Under the pieces are notes generated by a model that was not told the DNA's origin, made no database searches, and saw nothing but the letters and a program-made list of their open reading frames with translations. From Porphyridium purpureum (lineage: Eukaryota): a DNA stretch of 64,000 nucleotides. Of this stretch, positions 31,997 through 44,200 are shown in pieces. Within the stretch, counting starts at the first letter, position 1. The number at the start of each line of letters is the position of its first letter. Made by a program: the position numbers and the translations under genes. The DNA lies in contig VRMN01000008.1 in the NCBI GenBank assembly GCA_008690995.1, positions 496,001 to 560,000 of the forward strand, given 5' to 3'.

Positions 31997-32919
31997 CCGT
32001 TGCACTAGTTTGGCAGTAGGCATGATTGCCTCTTAAGGATCGTGGATGCACCGCATGAACGGTGAGCTAAAAATAATTCTCCTGGGATATGATGGCGTCG
32101 CTCCACCGTCCTGCCCTTCTCCTTCCTGTTTCTCTTCCTGTTTCTCTTCCTGTTGCTCGCGCGCTGCGTCGCGCTGCTGCCGTTTCACATTTCATCGCCG
32201 GATTCAAACTCCGAACGACTGCGCCGGTTTGCACACCCGCACGCGACAAGAATCCGTCTCTTATCTAAATCAGCGCGATTTACTGGACCCAATCATTTTG
32301 AATGTTTGAAAAACCCGAAGCGGAGCGGAAACAAAACAAGCAACGCTGCGCGCGCAACATCGCCGTTCTGCATACGAAAACCCCTCACCCCCAACCACCA
32401 TCACTGCAAGAGAGAGCGCGTGTTCTGTGTCCCACGCGCGGTGCAAAATCGGGTCGAGAACGGTAGACCGTGCGTCGACCGTTACACTTGCGCCTCATTC
32501 AAAAATGGCACGCGCAAGACACGGCTGGAAAATGGGACACACGGCGGAAGGGTTGGAAAATGGGCATGTGTGTGCGCTTGTCCCATGCGCCTCTGTGTAT
32601 ACGGCGGATACATGCCGTGAGTGAGAGATACACACATAGGCACACAGACACAGAGAGCGCTGTTATGTGATAACCGCCGCGGCTGATGGAAACGGATGGC
32701 GCGTGCTTTCAGCGCGTATAGGCCCGTGTGTATTTGCCACAGAATGGACACATGGCGCGAAGGGCATGCGCTGCGTGGGATGATTGGTTTGGAGAGCGTC
32801 TGCGGCGTGCTGAAATGGACAGATCTGCGTCGGGACGTTGTGGTTTTTTGGTTTGGGTGGTCTTCACCTTTTATAACGCGAACCCGGCGAAGGAGGGCTA
32901 TTCATGAGCAGGGTCCGTT
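31997..32919. promoter_or_regulatory. Cluster of MSA-like AACGG/CCGTT motifs upstream of cyclin B
   Basis: Eight copies at 31997, 32058, 32180, 32363, 32459, 32479, 32691 and 32915. Confidence 0.5.
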
Positions 32920-33339
32920 CCATTTGCGTATAGGGGGCAGGTGTTGCTAGCTGTTTTAGCCGGGTACGAAATCGCTTCCATGACGGGGAGAGCATGTTTT
33001 CAATCCATAGACAAACGACAACATCGCTGATTAGATACACAATAAGCGGCAAGGCTCTAAACAGAGGCGTGAGTCCAGGCCAAGAAGAGCGCGCGGAGGA
33101 GGCAGAGGACGCGTATATAAGACGGCCAAAAGGGCCAGCATCCTTCTCTGTGTGCCCAGAAAAAGAGTACCGACAACGAAGGGAAGACAGGACAAACAAG
33201 GGGGCACATATACGCGATCCAAGGCAGTCTACAGTGATAAGGAAGACCAGAAGCAGTTCGCCACAACACCAGGATTGCTTCTCATCGGCGTCGATCGCGC
33301 AAGGACATCACATCAGCACACGAGTGCGCGCGCACAGGT

Positions 33340-34575
33340 ATGGAGGCATACGGTGCTCGTTCAAATCAGTATCCCACGCGCCTACGGGCCGCCATGGACG
33401 CCATGAGAAGCAAGCAAGTCGGCGAAGCAGACCGGACAGCGGCACATGGCATGAAAAAGGGCGCCGAAAGCGCACAGTTTGGCGCTGCGCCAAAGCGAGT
33501 TCTCGGCGATATCACGAACAATCGCTCGCATGGCAGCCAGCAAGCCACGCAACATCAAGGACAGGACAAGGGAACCGGTGCTGGCCACTCCAGCAAGACA
33601 ACGGCGACGGGCAGACCACAAGGCTTTGCCTTGCAGGGTGGGGCGGCAGCCAAGGAAAACGGAGACCTTGTGCGGCTATCCTCTGTGGTGAGCACTGGCA
33701 CCAACTTTTCCATTCCGAGTTCCGCGCTCGACGTATTTGAGAATGTCACGCCAGTCCACGACATTGACGCCGCGGATGCGCACGATCCGCTGCTGTGTGC
33801 TGAGTACGTCAAGGAAATTTACGCCAACTGGCGCCGCAAGGAGTGCCGCTTCATGCCCCCAGCTCACTACATGGATCGGCAAGAGGATATCACCAAAAAC
33901 ATGCGAGGTATCCTTATCGACTGGCTCGTGGACGTGCACCATCGTTTCCGAATGATGGCAGAGACCTTGTACCTCACGATCAACGTCATTGACCGCTTCC
34001 TGAGCAAGAAGGTGGTCATGCGGAACAAGCTGCAGTTGGTGGGCATCACGTCCATGCTCATTGCCAGCAAGTACCAAGAGATCTATCCTCCCGAGGTGCA
34101 AGACTTTGTGTATATTGCCGACAACGCGTACAGCTCCACTGAGGTGCTGCGCATGGAGGCCCTCATTCTCAACGTGTTGTCATTCGACGTTACCGTACCC
34201 TCGGCGCTGTGCTTCCTCTCCCGCTTTCTCAAGGCAGGCGGCGCGGACCGAAGAGTCGACTGCATCGCGCACTACTGCCTCGAGTTGGGCATGCTGGATT
34301 ACGAAATGGTCCGCTTCACCCCGAGTGTCATGGCGGCATCCGCCGTGTATCTCAGCAAATACTACGCGGGCGGTGACAGACAAGTGTGGTCGCCGACGCT
34401 TGAGTATTACACCGAGTACAAGCAGGCCGACATTCAAGAGTGCGTCAACGAAATGCGTCGCGCCCTTCGTGCTGATCAGCAAGGAACCAACCCCAAGCTG
34501 ACCGCGGTGAATCGCAAGTATAGTTTGACCAAGTATTTAGAGGTCGCAAAGAGCCTGCGGTCGCCGATGCGATAA
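33340..34575 (+). CDS. CYCB: Mitotic B-type cyclin
   Basis: Destruction box RVLGDITN; cyclin box MRGILIDWLVDVH..F....ETLYLTINVIDRFL, KLQLVG, IASKYQEIYPP; C-terminal AV.RKY. Confidence 0.96.
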   Translation: MEAYGARSNQYPTRLRAAMDAMRSKQVGEADRTAAHGMKKGAESAQFGAAPKRVLGDITNNRSHGSQQATQHQGQDKGTGAGHSSKTTATGRPQGFALQGGAAAKENGDLVRLSSVVSTGTNFSIPSSALDVFENVTPVHDIDAADAHDPLLCAEYVKEIYANWRRKECRFMPPAHYMDRQEDITKNMRGILIDWLVDVHHRFRMMAETLYLTINVIDRFLSKKVVMRNKLQLVGITSMLIASKYQEIYPPEVQDFVYIADNAYSSTEVLRMEALILNVLSFDVTVPSALCFLSRFLKAGGADRRVDCIAHYCLELGMLDYEMVRFTPSVMAASAVYLSKYYAGGDRQVWSPTLEYYTEYKQADIQECVNEMRRALRADQQGTNPKLTAVNRKYSLTKYLEVAKSLRSPMR

Positions 34576-35303
34576 TCATTTTGGACTCAGGTCCGTGCGT
34601 CTCGTGCGAGTTTGCGCCCATGTGACACGCGACGACTATCGATTCGCCGGTAGCAGAGAACCAAGCAGAACTTGCTTTTTGCTATCAGTACCTCATTTAT
34701 ACATGCATTCCCCTCAATGAACAAGGCGCGGCTTCCAGCTCTCTCATCTTCTAGCAAGGGGGCCACCCTTGGACCGACCAATCAATCATCGTCAGCCGCT
34801 CAACCAATCAAACAGACCCGCGATGAGATCTCTCCATTCAGCATGGATTCGCCCTGCGGTGGTGGTCAGTGGCCGGTCGTCGTCACGCACACTCGCTGGC
34901 TCCATCCATCTCTCGCGCCGGCTCGGGTTTTTGTGGTTGCTCGCTCACGCGTCGTCCCTTCCGTAAGCCAGATGTGCGTGCGCGCGCGCATGTCGTTCAG
35001 ATCAACGTTGATACATAATTAAAGCTTCATTATTCGTGTAAATTTTGACGAAGGCACGACTTCGTATCCGGAGAACCCCAATGGCCCACGTGCACGCAGC
35101 GAGAGCTGCTGCATCATGTGGCATGAGCAAGTCATACAGCGACGACACACACACGCACACTCGCATTCTACTCTGGTAAGCTGCGATCGTTTCTGAGAAC
35201 ACATATTGGATTGAGTGGCGCTGGCAATGGGACACCATTCTCGTCCCGCTACGCTTGTCAATACAGGCGTCGTGGACGGCTTGAATGGGTGAGGCTTCTG
35301 CAT

Positions 35304-36197
35304 TTAAAAGCGCGCAATGAAGAACACGACAAAAATACCAGCGGAAAGCATGAAGATGGCAAAGAAAGAAAAGGAAAAGCTCAAGAAAAACAGCAGAAAC
35401 TTGAGAATGAGCCGGATCACCACGTAGCCGATGAGGCCGAGAAACAGCGTCAATCCAATGCGCTCTGCAAAATCATAAGCCTCTTCGTCTGTACCAAGAT
35501 CAAAATACTTCGACCGGTTTTCCTTCAGCTTCTGCAGAATCGTCATTGGCTCTGTCTGCTCTTCAAACATCAACTGCGGAGCGCGCTCTTCCTCCTCCTC
35601 GTCCTCTTCGTTCAGGCCATCAAAGATATTTCGCCTGGTCGCGTCCTCTGCGCGCTTCCGCAGGGATCGTTGGCGGTACTTTTCATACATAAACAATCGC
35701 ACCGGCCCCAATCGCACTCGCGAAAGCTCTTTCTCCTTTTCCAGCTCGTAGTCTGGATCTTTGCCAAGAAAGCCCGAAAAGTCTGGCGCCAGAGGAGAAC
35801 GACGCGAGTCAGTACGATCTTTGCTGCGAGCATCATCAACGTTGTCATCTTCTTCACTGTCGCTTTCGATGTCCAACGTGTACCGAAAGTCCTCTGCGAT
35901 TTCGTCTAGGGAAGGAATCTGGCCGGTCTCTCGCGCGCGTTCCATGTCGGCAACGAATGCTTCAAACTCCTGGCGAGAAAAGTTGTCGTCGCCATTCTTA
36001 TCCCGCTGCGCGGCATGCGTTAACACTGCTTGGCCGTTCCTTTGCGGTGCAAATGTCTCGCCATCTCGCCACCAAGTGCGTTTCTGTGAGGCCACAGAGG
36101 AGCACCAAAGCGGAGGATGGCGCCGGCCGCGTGCACGCGATGACATGTCGGGCGCTCCGATCTGCTGCGACAGAGATGCCGGCGGCGCAAACGCCAT
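35304..36197 (-). CDS. Predicted plastid membrane protein of unknown function
   Basis: MAFAPPAS transit-like N-terminus, acidic middle region, two C-terminal hydrophobic helices; one EF-hand-like loop. Confidence 0.7.
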   Translation of the reverse strand: MAFAPPASLSQQIGAPDMSSRARGRRHPPLWCSSVASQKRTWWRDGETFAPQRNGQAVLTHAAQRDKNGDDNFSRQEFEAFVADMERARETGQIPSLDEIAEDFRYTLDIESDSEEDDNVDDARSKDRTDSRRSPLAPDFSGFLGKDPDYELEKEKELSRVRLGPVRLFMYEKYRQRSLRKRAEDATRRNIFDGLNEEDEEEEERAPQLMFEEQTEPMTILQKLKENRSKYFDLGTDEEAYDFAERIGLTLFLGLIGYVVIRLILKFLLFFLSFSFSFFAIFMLSAGIFVVFFIARF

Positions 36198-36920
36198 GGT
36201 GGTTGCCACGACGTTCGTTGCACGTGAAGATGTGCTGTCGTGAAGTTTGCGAATTGATGCGAAGTGTTCGTGGCTTGCGCTGCTGCAGATGGGCGTGAGG
36301 TGGCTATAATATGGTGGAATGGGAGAAGCTTGTGACTGGTGCCGCATGCAAGGCGCAGATAATGCGTGGAGCAGAATTGAGCCGCACGTCCGGTACCAGC
36401 GACTTGCGAGGCTTTCGCCGGACGTAGCGAGTGATCTTCTGGCATGCTCCAATGGAAGGCTTGGCAACGCACGGGAAGCGACGGAATCAAATGGAGTGTG
36501 GCGAGGTCTTAGTAGAGAATCATCCACCGCATGGAAAGAAGCAGCAGGTCTGTGGAGTCTCGCAAAAAGGGGTTAATCTTGGCAACCGGAACGGGAGAAT
36601 TGGCGCATGAAATGGCGCCATTCTCTAGCTGTAAGGCGCCGAATGTGTCTCAAGCCAACGTGGAACCGATGAAGGGCTTAGCCCCCGTGAAGCAAGCGGA
36701 ACTGTCTCCTGCTGAGCAAGCTCCTTAATTCCCCTTTTCCTTCCAGAAATAAATACAAACGGGACGCTTGCGACGAAAGCGAAACAAGCGAAAGACCAGC
36801 GCGCCCATCTTGCCACGCGGGAAATATTGGACTTCTATTCATCTGCGGCGGCAACAGGGCCACACGCGCGGCAAAGCACCTTGCAATACCAAACTATACA
36901 CACTCGATGACTTTCAAAGC

Positions 36921-37727
36921 TCAACTTTGTATCGTCCGGCCTGGACTGCGGACGGGGGGTTCCGGCGGAGTATCCCACCACTGTTTGACTGCCATGATCT
37001 CCGGATTGCGCGCATCCTCCATTTCAACGCGCACTCGATCGGCGACGGGTTGAGGCAAGAGCTCTTGAAATTTGGCGTCTGCGTCGCGGTAGCGGACAAG
37101 GGACACCTTGTTTAAGCTAACGGGCGGGATCTGTGTCTTGAGGGCTTTCCAAGTGCCCAGAAAGATGAGCGGCGAGTCGACGATACAAAGCGCACCAAGC
37201 ACTTCTGGATAATGGCGGGTGAGCAGCAAAATTGAGCTCTGCACGGCCAGAGGATCCACTGTACTCGCACAGAAGCCGTGGAGGTCGACGATCCACACTG
37301 CGCCCGCACCTGTGCCCGCCAGACTGAAGATCCACTCGAGCAAGTGTATGATGTGGTCATCGATGTCTGCCATGACGCTGCCCTCCGGCAAGGACGAGCC
37401 GAGCAGCGATCCGTACACGACCGGGCGGCCGAGCTTACACAACCCGACGGGCCGTAAGGGATGAGCGCGCGGGTCCTTTGCGCACGCCGCACAAACACGT
37501 CTGTGCGGCCGATTGTTCGCGCGCCACAGCAACGTCTGTATCAACGCCGCCTTGGCGTCCTCCTCGACGCCCCTATGCGCGCGCAGAAAGCGCTTCACGG
37601 TGGTGCCCGTGCAAAACGTCTGCGCCGCGGCGTCCACCAACATCTTCTCACCGTACAGCTGCGACAAGATCCGCTGCGCCGCCGCGTTTTCGGCAGCAAC
37701 CGAAGCCCCATCGGCTACATCTCCCAT
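36921..37727 (-). CDS. CRAL-TRIO (Sec14-like) lipid-binding protein
   Basis: RFLRAH...TLLWR, GRPVVY, WIVDLHGF, HYPEVLG....VDSP.IF...WK. Confidence 0.88.
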   Translation of the reverse strand: MGDVADGASVAAENAAAQRILSQLYGEKMLVDAAAQTFCTGTTVKRFLRAHRGVEEDAKAALIQTLLWRANNRPHRRVCAACAKDPRAHPLRPVGLCKLGRPVVYGSLLGSSLPEGSVMADIDDHIIHLLEWIFSLAGTGAGAVWIVDLHGFCASTVDPLAVQSSILLLTRHYPEVLGALCIVDSPLIFLGTWKALKTQIPPVSLNKVSLVRYRDADAKFQELLPQPVADRVRVEMEDARNPEIMAVKQWWDTPPEPPVRSPGRTIQS

Positions 37728-38216
37728 CCCTAACCCCCTCCCGTTCCCTCTGTCCCCGTCATCCCTCTTCCCCTCCTCTCTTTCTCTCTCTCTCTCTCTC
37801 TCTGGCCTTCTACACCGCCTCCGTCACACGACGGCGCTCTCTAAAAACTTTCCCAACAAGAAAGATTAGCCACTTCGAACTGTACACCTCTTCACTGTAC
37901 GTTTATCGATGACCATCGAACGCGGTTGTTTTTGCATAAGACAACGCGGGGTGTGTACAGTGACAGGGTACATTTTATGCTGCATTTTTATGGGTTCGTT
38001 GAGAGCGATGCATCATGATCGAGCGCCAGGTGCAGAGAATAGTAAGATGGGGTTGTTTTATGATTTGCTTGTGAAATAAAGTACATTGATAGAGTACAGT
38101 GACATTCGAGACGAAGGGTTAAAGCGGATCGGAGCAAGATGTTGAGAGAAGGGAAAGAGGAGCGCGCGGAGAGAAGGAGAGTGCTCTTGATCTGGTGATC
38201 CCGATCTCGGCGCGGG

Positions 38217-41200
38217 ATGGCGTTTGGCGGTGCCGGTGCCGGCGCCGGCGGTGGGTTTGGGGGGACTCAGAACCGGTCGTTGTTTGGAGGAGGCGCCCCA
38301 GGGGCCGCGCAGCAGCCGGCGATGGGCGGAGGCTTGTTTGGCGCGCGCTTCCAGGTCGGCGTTTGGCCAGCCCCAGCAGGCGTCGGCATTTGGGCAGCCG
38401 CAGCAGACGTCTGCGTTTGGGCAGCCGCAACAAGGGTCAGCATTTGGGCAGCCGCAGCAGGCGCCGGCGTTTGGAGGAGGCTTCGGAAATACGGGCGCGG
38501 GCTCGGCTTTTGGGGCTGCGCCGGCTGCGGGCGGCGGATTTTTCGGCGCGCAGCCGCAGCAACAGCAACAGGCCTCGCCATTTGGCGCTGCGCCGGCGGG
38601 CGCAGGCGGCGGCGGCTTGTTCGGTGCGCAGACTGCGGGTCCCGCCGGGAATCCCGGTGGTGGAGGACTGTTCGGCGCGCCACAGCAGCCGCAGCAGGCG
38701 TTCGGCGGCGGAGGGAGCCTGTTCGGCTCCGCGGCACAAGCGCAACCGCAGAACGCCGGCGGGAGTCTGTTTGGTGGCGGCGCAAGTACAGGCTTTGGTG
38801 CCGCCCCGGGTATTAATACAAGCCCGTTCGGTGCGCCGGCTCTACCAGGCGACGCCGCAAAACCATTATTTGGTGCGCCGTCATCAGGCGGAACGGGAAG
38901 CTTATTCGGCGGCGGTTCGGGCGCGTCGCCGTTTGGCGGCGGCTTTGGCGGCGGCGCTGGGCAGGGCACGGGGCTGGGTGCATCGTCGGGTACTTCGTCA
39001 GTCAAGTTTCAGATCCAGCAGGAGTACGATTCGTCTTCGGGCCAGTCGCTCCGTTACCACTCGATCTGCATGATGCCCGCGTACAAGGACAAGTGCTGCG
39101 ACGAGCTACGGTACGAGGACTACCTCGCAGGAAACAAAGGCGGAGGCGTGGGCGGGGCATTTGGCACTGGCGCCGCCGCGCCGGGGCAGCAGTCCTCTCC
39201 GTTCGGCTCCAATGCGGGCGCTCCTGCGGGAGGCGGTTTGTTCGGCGTCGGTGGCGGTGGATTTGGTGGACAGCAGCAGCCATCAGCATTTGGCGCAGCA
39301 GCACCCTCCGCGGGAACTGGCGCGTTTGGCGCAAAACCGCCCTTGTTCGGTGGGAGCCCTGCACAAGGAATGAGCTTTGGTAACGCGGCGCAAGGCTCGG
39401 CATTTGGTGCCCCAGCTGGTGGCGCCGGAACGTCCTTGTTTGGTCAACCGCAACAGCAGCAAGCTGGTGGTCTTTTTGGACCGACGGCACAGGGTGGAGG
39501 GCTCTTTGGCGGGACACAGCAGCATGGACAACAACCGTCGTCAAGCCTTTTTGGTGGCGGAACCGCGGGCGCTGCTAGTGGCAGTATGTTCGGCAGCTCC
39601 AATGCCGGTGGTGGTCTGTTTGGCGGAGGCACCGCTCAGTCGCAGTCCGCCTTTGGGGCTCCAAGCGGTGGAACCGGTGGTGGGCTGTTTGGCGGCGGCG
39701 GCTTTGGCGCTGCAGCCGGCGGCGGTGCGTTTGGGAATAAGCCCGCGGGTACAGGCGGTAGCCTGTTTGGCCAGCCACAGCAGCAGCAGTCCGGCACAGG
39801 TGGCTTTGGCTTATTCGGCGGAGCTCCGGGGCAAAGTCAATCGGCGTTCGGCGGAGGAGCTACTACCATGGGCGGATTCGGAGGCGGAGCGCAATCGGGA
39901 CCATCGCTGTTTGGAGCGAACACGGGTTCGGCGTTCGGAAGCTCTCCTGGAGGTGGCTTTGGCGGCTTGCAGCAGCAACAACAACAACAGCAACCAGCCA
40001 CTAGTGCTTTCGGCGGCGGCGGCGGCGGCGGATTCGGAACGAGCCCATTTGGCGGCGGGACGCTTGGTGGTCAGCAACAGACACAGCAACAAGGAGCCGG
40101 AGGGGGATTATTTGGCGGGGGTGGTGCCTTTGGGGGTACCGGCGGCGCTGGGGCGGGCTCTTTGTTTGGAAGCAAACCTGCGACCACCGGTTTGGGCAAT
40201 GGCGGCTCGCTCTTTGGCGCGGCTGCGCCACAAGGGAGTCCCAACACCAACAACGGTCTGTACCGAGTAGGCACGCTCGGTGGAGGGGGCTTAAATTTGG
40301 GCACTGGCGGATTCGGCGGCGCCGGCGGCGGACTGGGAGGATCGGGTCTCGGCGGCGGCTTTGGAGGACTAGGGCAAGATGCGAACAAGCAGCAGCCTTT
40401 CAATTTTTCTACTGGTCTCGGCGGCGGTGCTGGCGGAGGAGGACTCGGTGGTAACAATAACTTGTTCGGTGGGAGCCCACAGGGAGGAGGAGCGTTTGGT
40501 GGTGGGTTTGGCGGTGGGTTTGGCGGTCTCGGAGGAGGCAACCTGGGACATGCGCTGCCTATGCAACAGCCCCAGCAGCCTCAGCCAGGTGCGTTTTGGT
40601 CTCCAGGTGGTGTTGGAGCTGGCGGCGCGGGAGTTCCTCCGCAGAGCATGTTCGCCAATGTGAGCATGAACCCCTACGGCTCAAACCCACTTTTTGCCAA
40701 TACCCAGGATGGAAGCGCATCCGCCATCCAAGCGCAGCAGGCTGGACAGGGCCAGGCACAAGGGGCATTCAATCCGAGCGCGGCGAACGGTGGCCAACAC
40801 GTGAACCCGTATCAGCACCCAACGTTTGCGTATCGGCGCCTGCCCCGCACAACCGCGCGCGCGCGACCGCGCACCGCCGTGCGGCCCTACGTTTCTGCGC
40901 GTGTCTGGGAAGAGGGTTATGTCCGCGGCTCTGGTGTAACAGCAACTGACTCGGCCTTAGTGTCCAGTCTCTTCCAGCCTCCTGCAACGCCGATGCATGT
41001 GTCTTCATTCGGACTGAGCCCACAACAGAAACCGTTTAGCAGCGGCAGTGGTTTTGGATTTGGTGGGCAGCAACAAAAGCCGCAGACGACTTTTTCCTCT
41101 CCAGCGGCATTTAGCATCGGTCAGTTTCAGCATCAGCACCAGCAACTCCCACAGCAGCGTTTCGGTGCGAATGGAAGTAGCCCGCTGGGCGTGAATCCTT

Positions 41201-44200
41201 TTCACCCCGCGTACCGCGCGCTTCATACAAGCGGTGTGAAGAAGCTCGTCATCAACCCACAACCGCCGCTGTCGGCACGGTCAATCACCACGCACCATAG
41301 TGACCGGGATCCTCTGTCTGAAGCACCAGCAAATCCGTCTCCTGCTCTTGAAGATGCGGCTGAGGGTGGTGGTTCTGCTGCTCGGGCAAATGCCATGAAT
41401 GTGTCGAAGTCTCCGTCACCGTCCCCGCAGCGAGACCAGAGAACTGGCGTACTTTCAGTAGCCGGCGAAGTGCCGGCTGTCAAGCCGACGCCGCGCCGGC
41501 GGCCGGGCCAGTTTGTCGGTGCCGATGTTGGCGGGAGCACCAATATGCGCAGCCCTGATCATGCAGGTGGCTTGTCCTCCGCGGAACGGCAGCAGAGCGG
41601 CAGCCACAGCAACCGTGTATATGAGTCGTATCGCGATTTTTACAGCGAGAATGTGTACCCGCTCAACGACTCTACCACTGGCAGTGTTGGCGGCGGCAAT
41701 GTGAGCAGTGTCCCTGTCTTTGACGTGGAGGATGAGCAAGAGCGTACAGGCACTGGGTCCCGAAGAGATGAAACGACAGGCACATCTTCTCCATCTGCGC
41801 GTGCACAAGAGTCATCGCAGCATGAGTCCGAACCGGAGCCTCCTGTGCTGACGCGGGCCGGATACTATACGCGACCATCGATGGCAGCACTACGGAGCAT
41901 GACGCAGGCCGAACTTGCACGTGTAGAAGGTTTTACGGTGGGGCGCAAAGCGTGGGGCGAGGTGATGTGGTTTGGGCGCACGGACGTGCGCGGGCTTGAT
42001 CTGGACGCCATTGTTTTCATTGAGCCGCGCGAAGTTGTGGTGTATCCTGACGGTTATGGAGAGAAGCCACCTGAGGGCGCCGCTCTCAACAAGCCTGCTC
42101 TGGTGAGGCTGTTGCGCGTGTGGAAGCTTAGTAAGGAGACCGGCGCACCGACGACGGATCCAAGCGCAATCAAGCTATTTGCGAAGAAGCTCAAAGCGCA
42201 TTGCGATAAGGAGAGTATCACCTTTGTGCGCTACGAGGGCACGGAGGGGCTTTGGGAATTTGAGGTAGAGCATTTTAGCAGATACGGATTTGATGATGAA
42301 GATGACGAGGAGGAGAATGCGGCCGACCAGCTGGAACAGGAAGCGAGCGGGACGCAGCAGCGGCGTGCGCGAGACAGAGGCGAGGGACGCGTCGACGGTG
42401 AGCAGCTTGAGCGAAGAACTTTCAAGTCGGTTTCGAGCTACGGTATCCCTGCGTGGTCTGATGAAAGTGAAAGTGAGGATGAAGGGGACGATGAACGTCC
42501 CCGCTTGCCAACTAGTAGCGCTGTGGATCCGGCCGTGGTGGCTGTGGCGGCCGGGGCAGAGCTTGACAACTCGGGGCGGCGCTTCATCGGGACTCCCCAG
42601 ATTCTGCGCAGCCTCGAAGCGTCACGTATTCAGCAAATGCGTGCAGCCATGTTTACCCCGGCTTTTGCGCCTTCAAAGCCGGTTCAGCCGGATCAAGGTG
42701 CTTTTGATATCGGCCAGAATGTGAATAGAGAAGCGCCACAATCCCGCACGGATATGCGTCGGAAGAAGAGGCAAATCCAAACGGGCGGGTCCGAAGTCGC
42801 CGTCGCGTGGCCAGAATCATTGCCTTCCGAAGGCGACGCTGAAGAGTCCATGTCTATGGTGACGCAGACGGAGGCTCCAATATCGTCTGGCGGTGTCGAG
42901 CAAGCACCTCTTCCCAAGCCGCCGACGATTCTTCTTTTTCAGAGTCGCACCGTGATTCCAATACGTGAGACTATACAGTTCATGCCGAAGGGGCGGGAGC
43001 AATCGAATGCGCACCATGATGCCTACCGGTTGGACGCTGGGTACCGAATGTCACGCTCGTTTCGTATCGGCTTTGGCACCGGAGGGCAACTGTGTTCGCC
43101 GCGCGTATCGGCCCCGACGCACTTGTTTTCGGGCGCCTCGTCATTGACCACACAAACCCAGCAGCAGCATCGATTCCAGATCCAGATTACGAGGCCCGCG
43201 CTACCGACGGAGCGCGACGCGTACGAAGCAATGCTTAGCGTGCATGCCAGCTTGTGGCTGGAGTCGCAGGAGCTGAGTGTCGGCAGAAGTGTTGCTGCCA
43301 ACTTGACCAGTGCCGCCGAAATGAAACGACCTTCACTGACTGGCTGTTTCGTGGGCGAGGGTGGGTTGAGTTCAGGGCCTGATGCGCACAACCGACGTCA
43401 TCTGGTGCGGCGAGCCAATGACGCGCTGGATACGTATGCCCGTGCCGCGGAGCAAAAGTCATTCCGGGATGCGCAGTACTTTAGCGCTGTCTTTCAGCTG
43501 CTGGCGGCTATTTATCGACAGGACAGCGTAGAGGATTCACTTGTGGCGAATATTGGACACGCGCAGGGCGCTCTATCGGTGCGGCGCGCACAGCTCGCTT
43601 CACAGCGCGCCTCTGCCTGGTTGCGCAAAATGGCACTCGGCAACAGCTTGGAATCGAGCGAATTCGCTTCCATTCTCGACCGGATTTTCATACTGCTAGC
43701 GAGTGGGGATGTTGATCAAGCTGCAAATGCTGCGTTGGAGCACCATGCGCCTCACCTCGCGCTGATGCTTTCACAGGCGGCAGTCGCTCCTGGCACAGCA
43801 TTTGCGGCTGACACTGCTGCATTTGCCGAGCAGCTACGGGCACAAAGTGACGAGCTAGAACCCCTTGGCGACCATGTTAAGCAGCAGCAGCGGATGCGGG
43901 ATATTGTGCTACTCCTCAGCGGGCAGGTGGACCAGGTGAGCGGCGTCCTTCATTTGCCATGGTTGAGTGTCTTGGCGTGTCACTTTTGGTATGGTGCTGG
44001 TCGCAGCTGTGTGGCGAAGCCCCAGGGAGCACCGCTGCCGGTTTCGGACTTTTCGACGTGCCAGCAGTTGTGCACAGCGTTCGAGGCCTATGCCGATCTT
44101 TGGCCCAAGTGCGCCGAGCACGTCTGCGCCCATCCGACGCCTGCTTACTACGAAGCGCGCGATCGCGCGAACGTGGGTGCAGACGCTGAGTCACCACCCA

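Noticed and set aside
32994..33740. 248-aa ORF overlapping the cyclin B start
   Set aside because: No protein-like features; at most an overlapping uORF, which cannot be supported without TSS data.
6006..34575. Functional clustering (AGT1 with 5-FCL; two cyclins)
   Set aside because: The genes are separated by unrelated loci; consistent with chance in a compact genome.
38340..40620. Tandem near-repeats resembling an array
   Set aside because: They encode the NUP98 FG repeats; there is no constant repeat/unique spacer structure, so this is not CRISPR.
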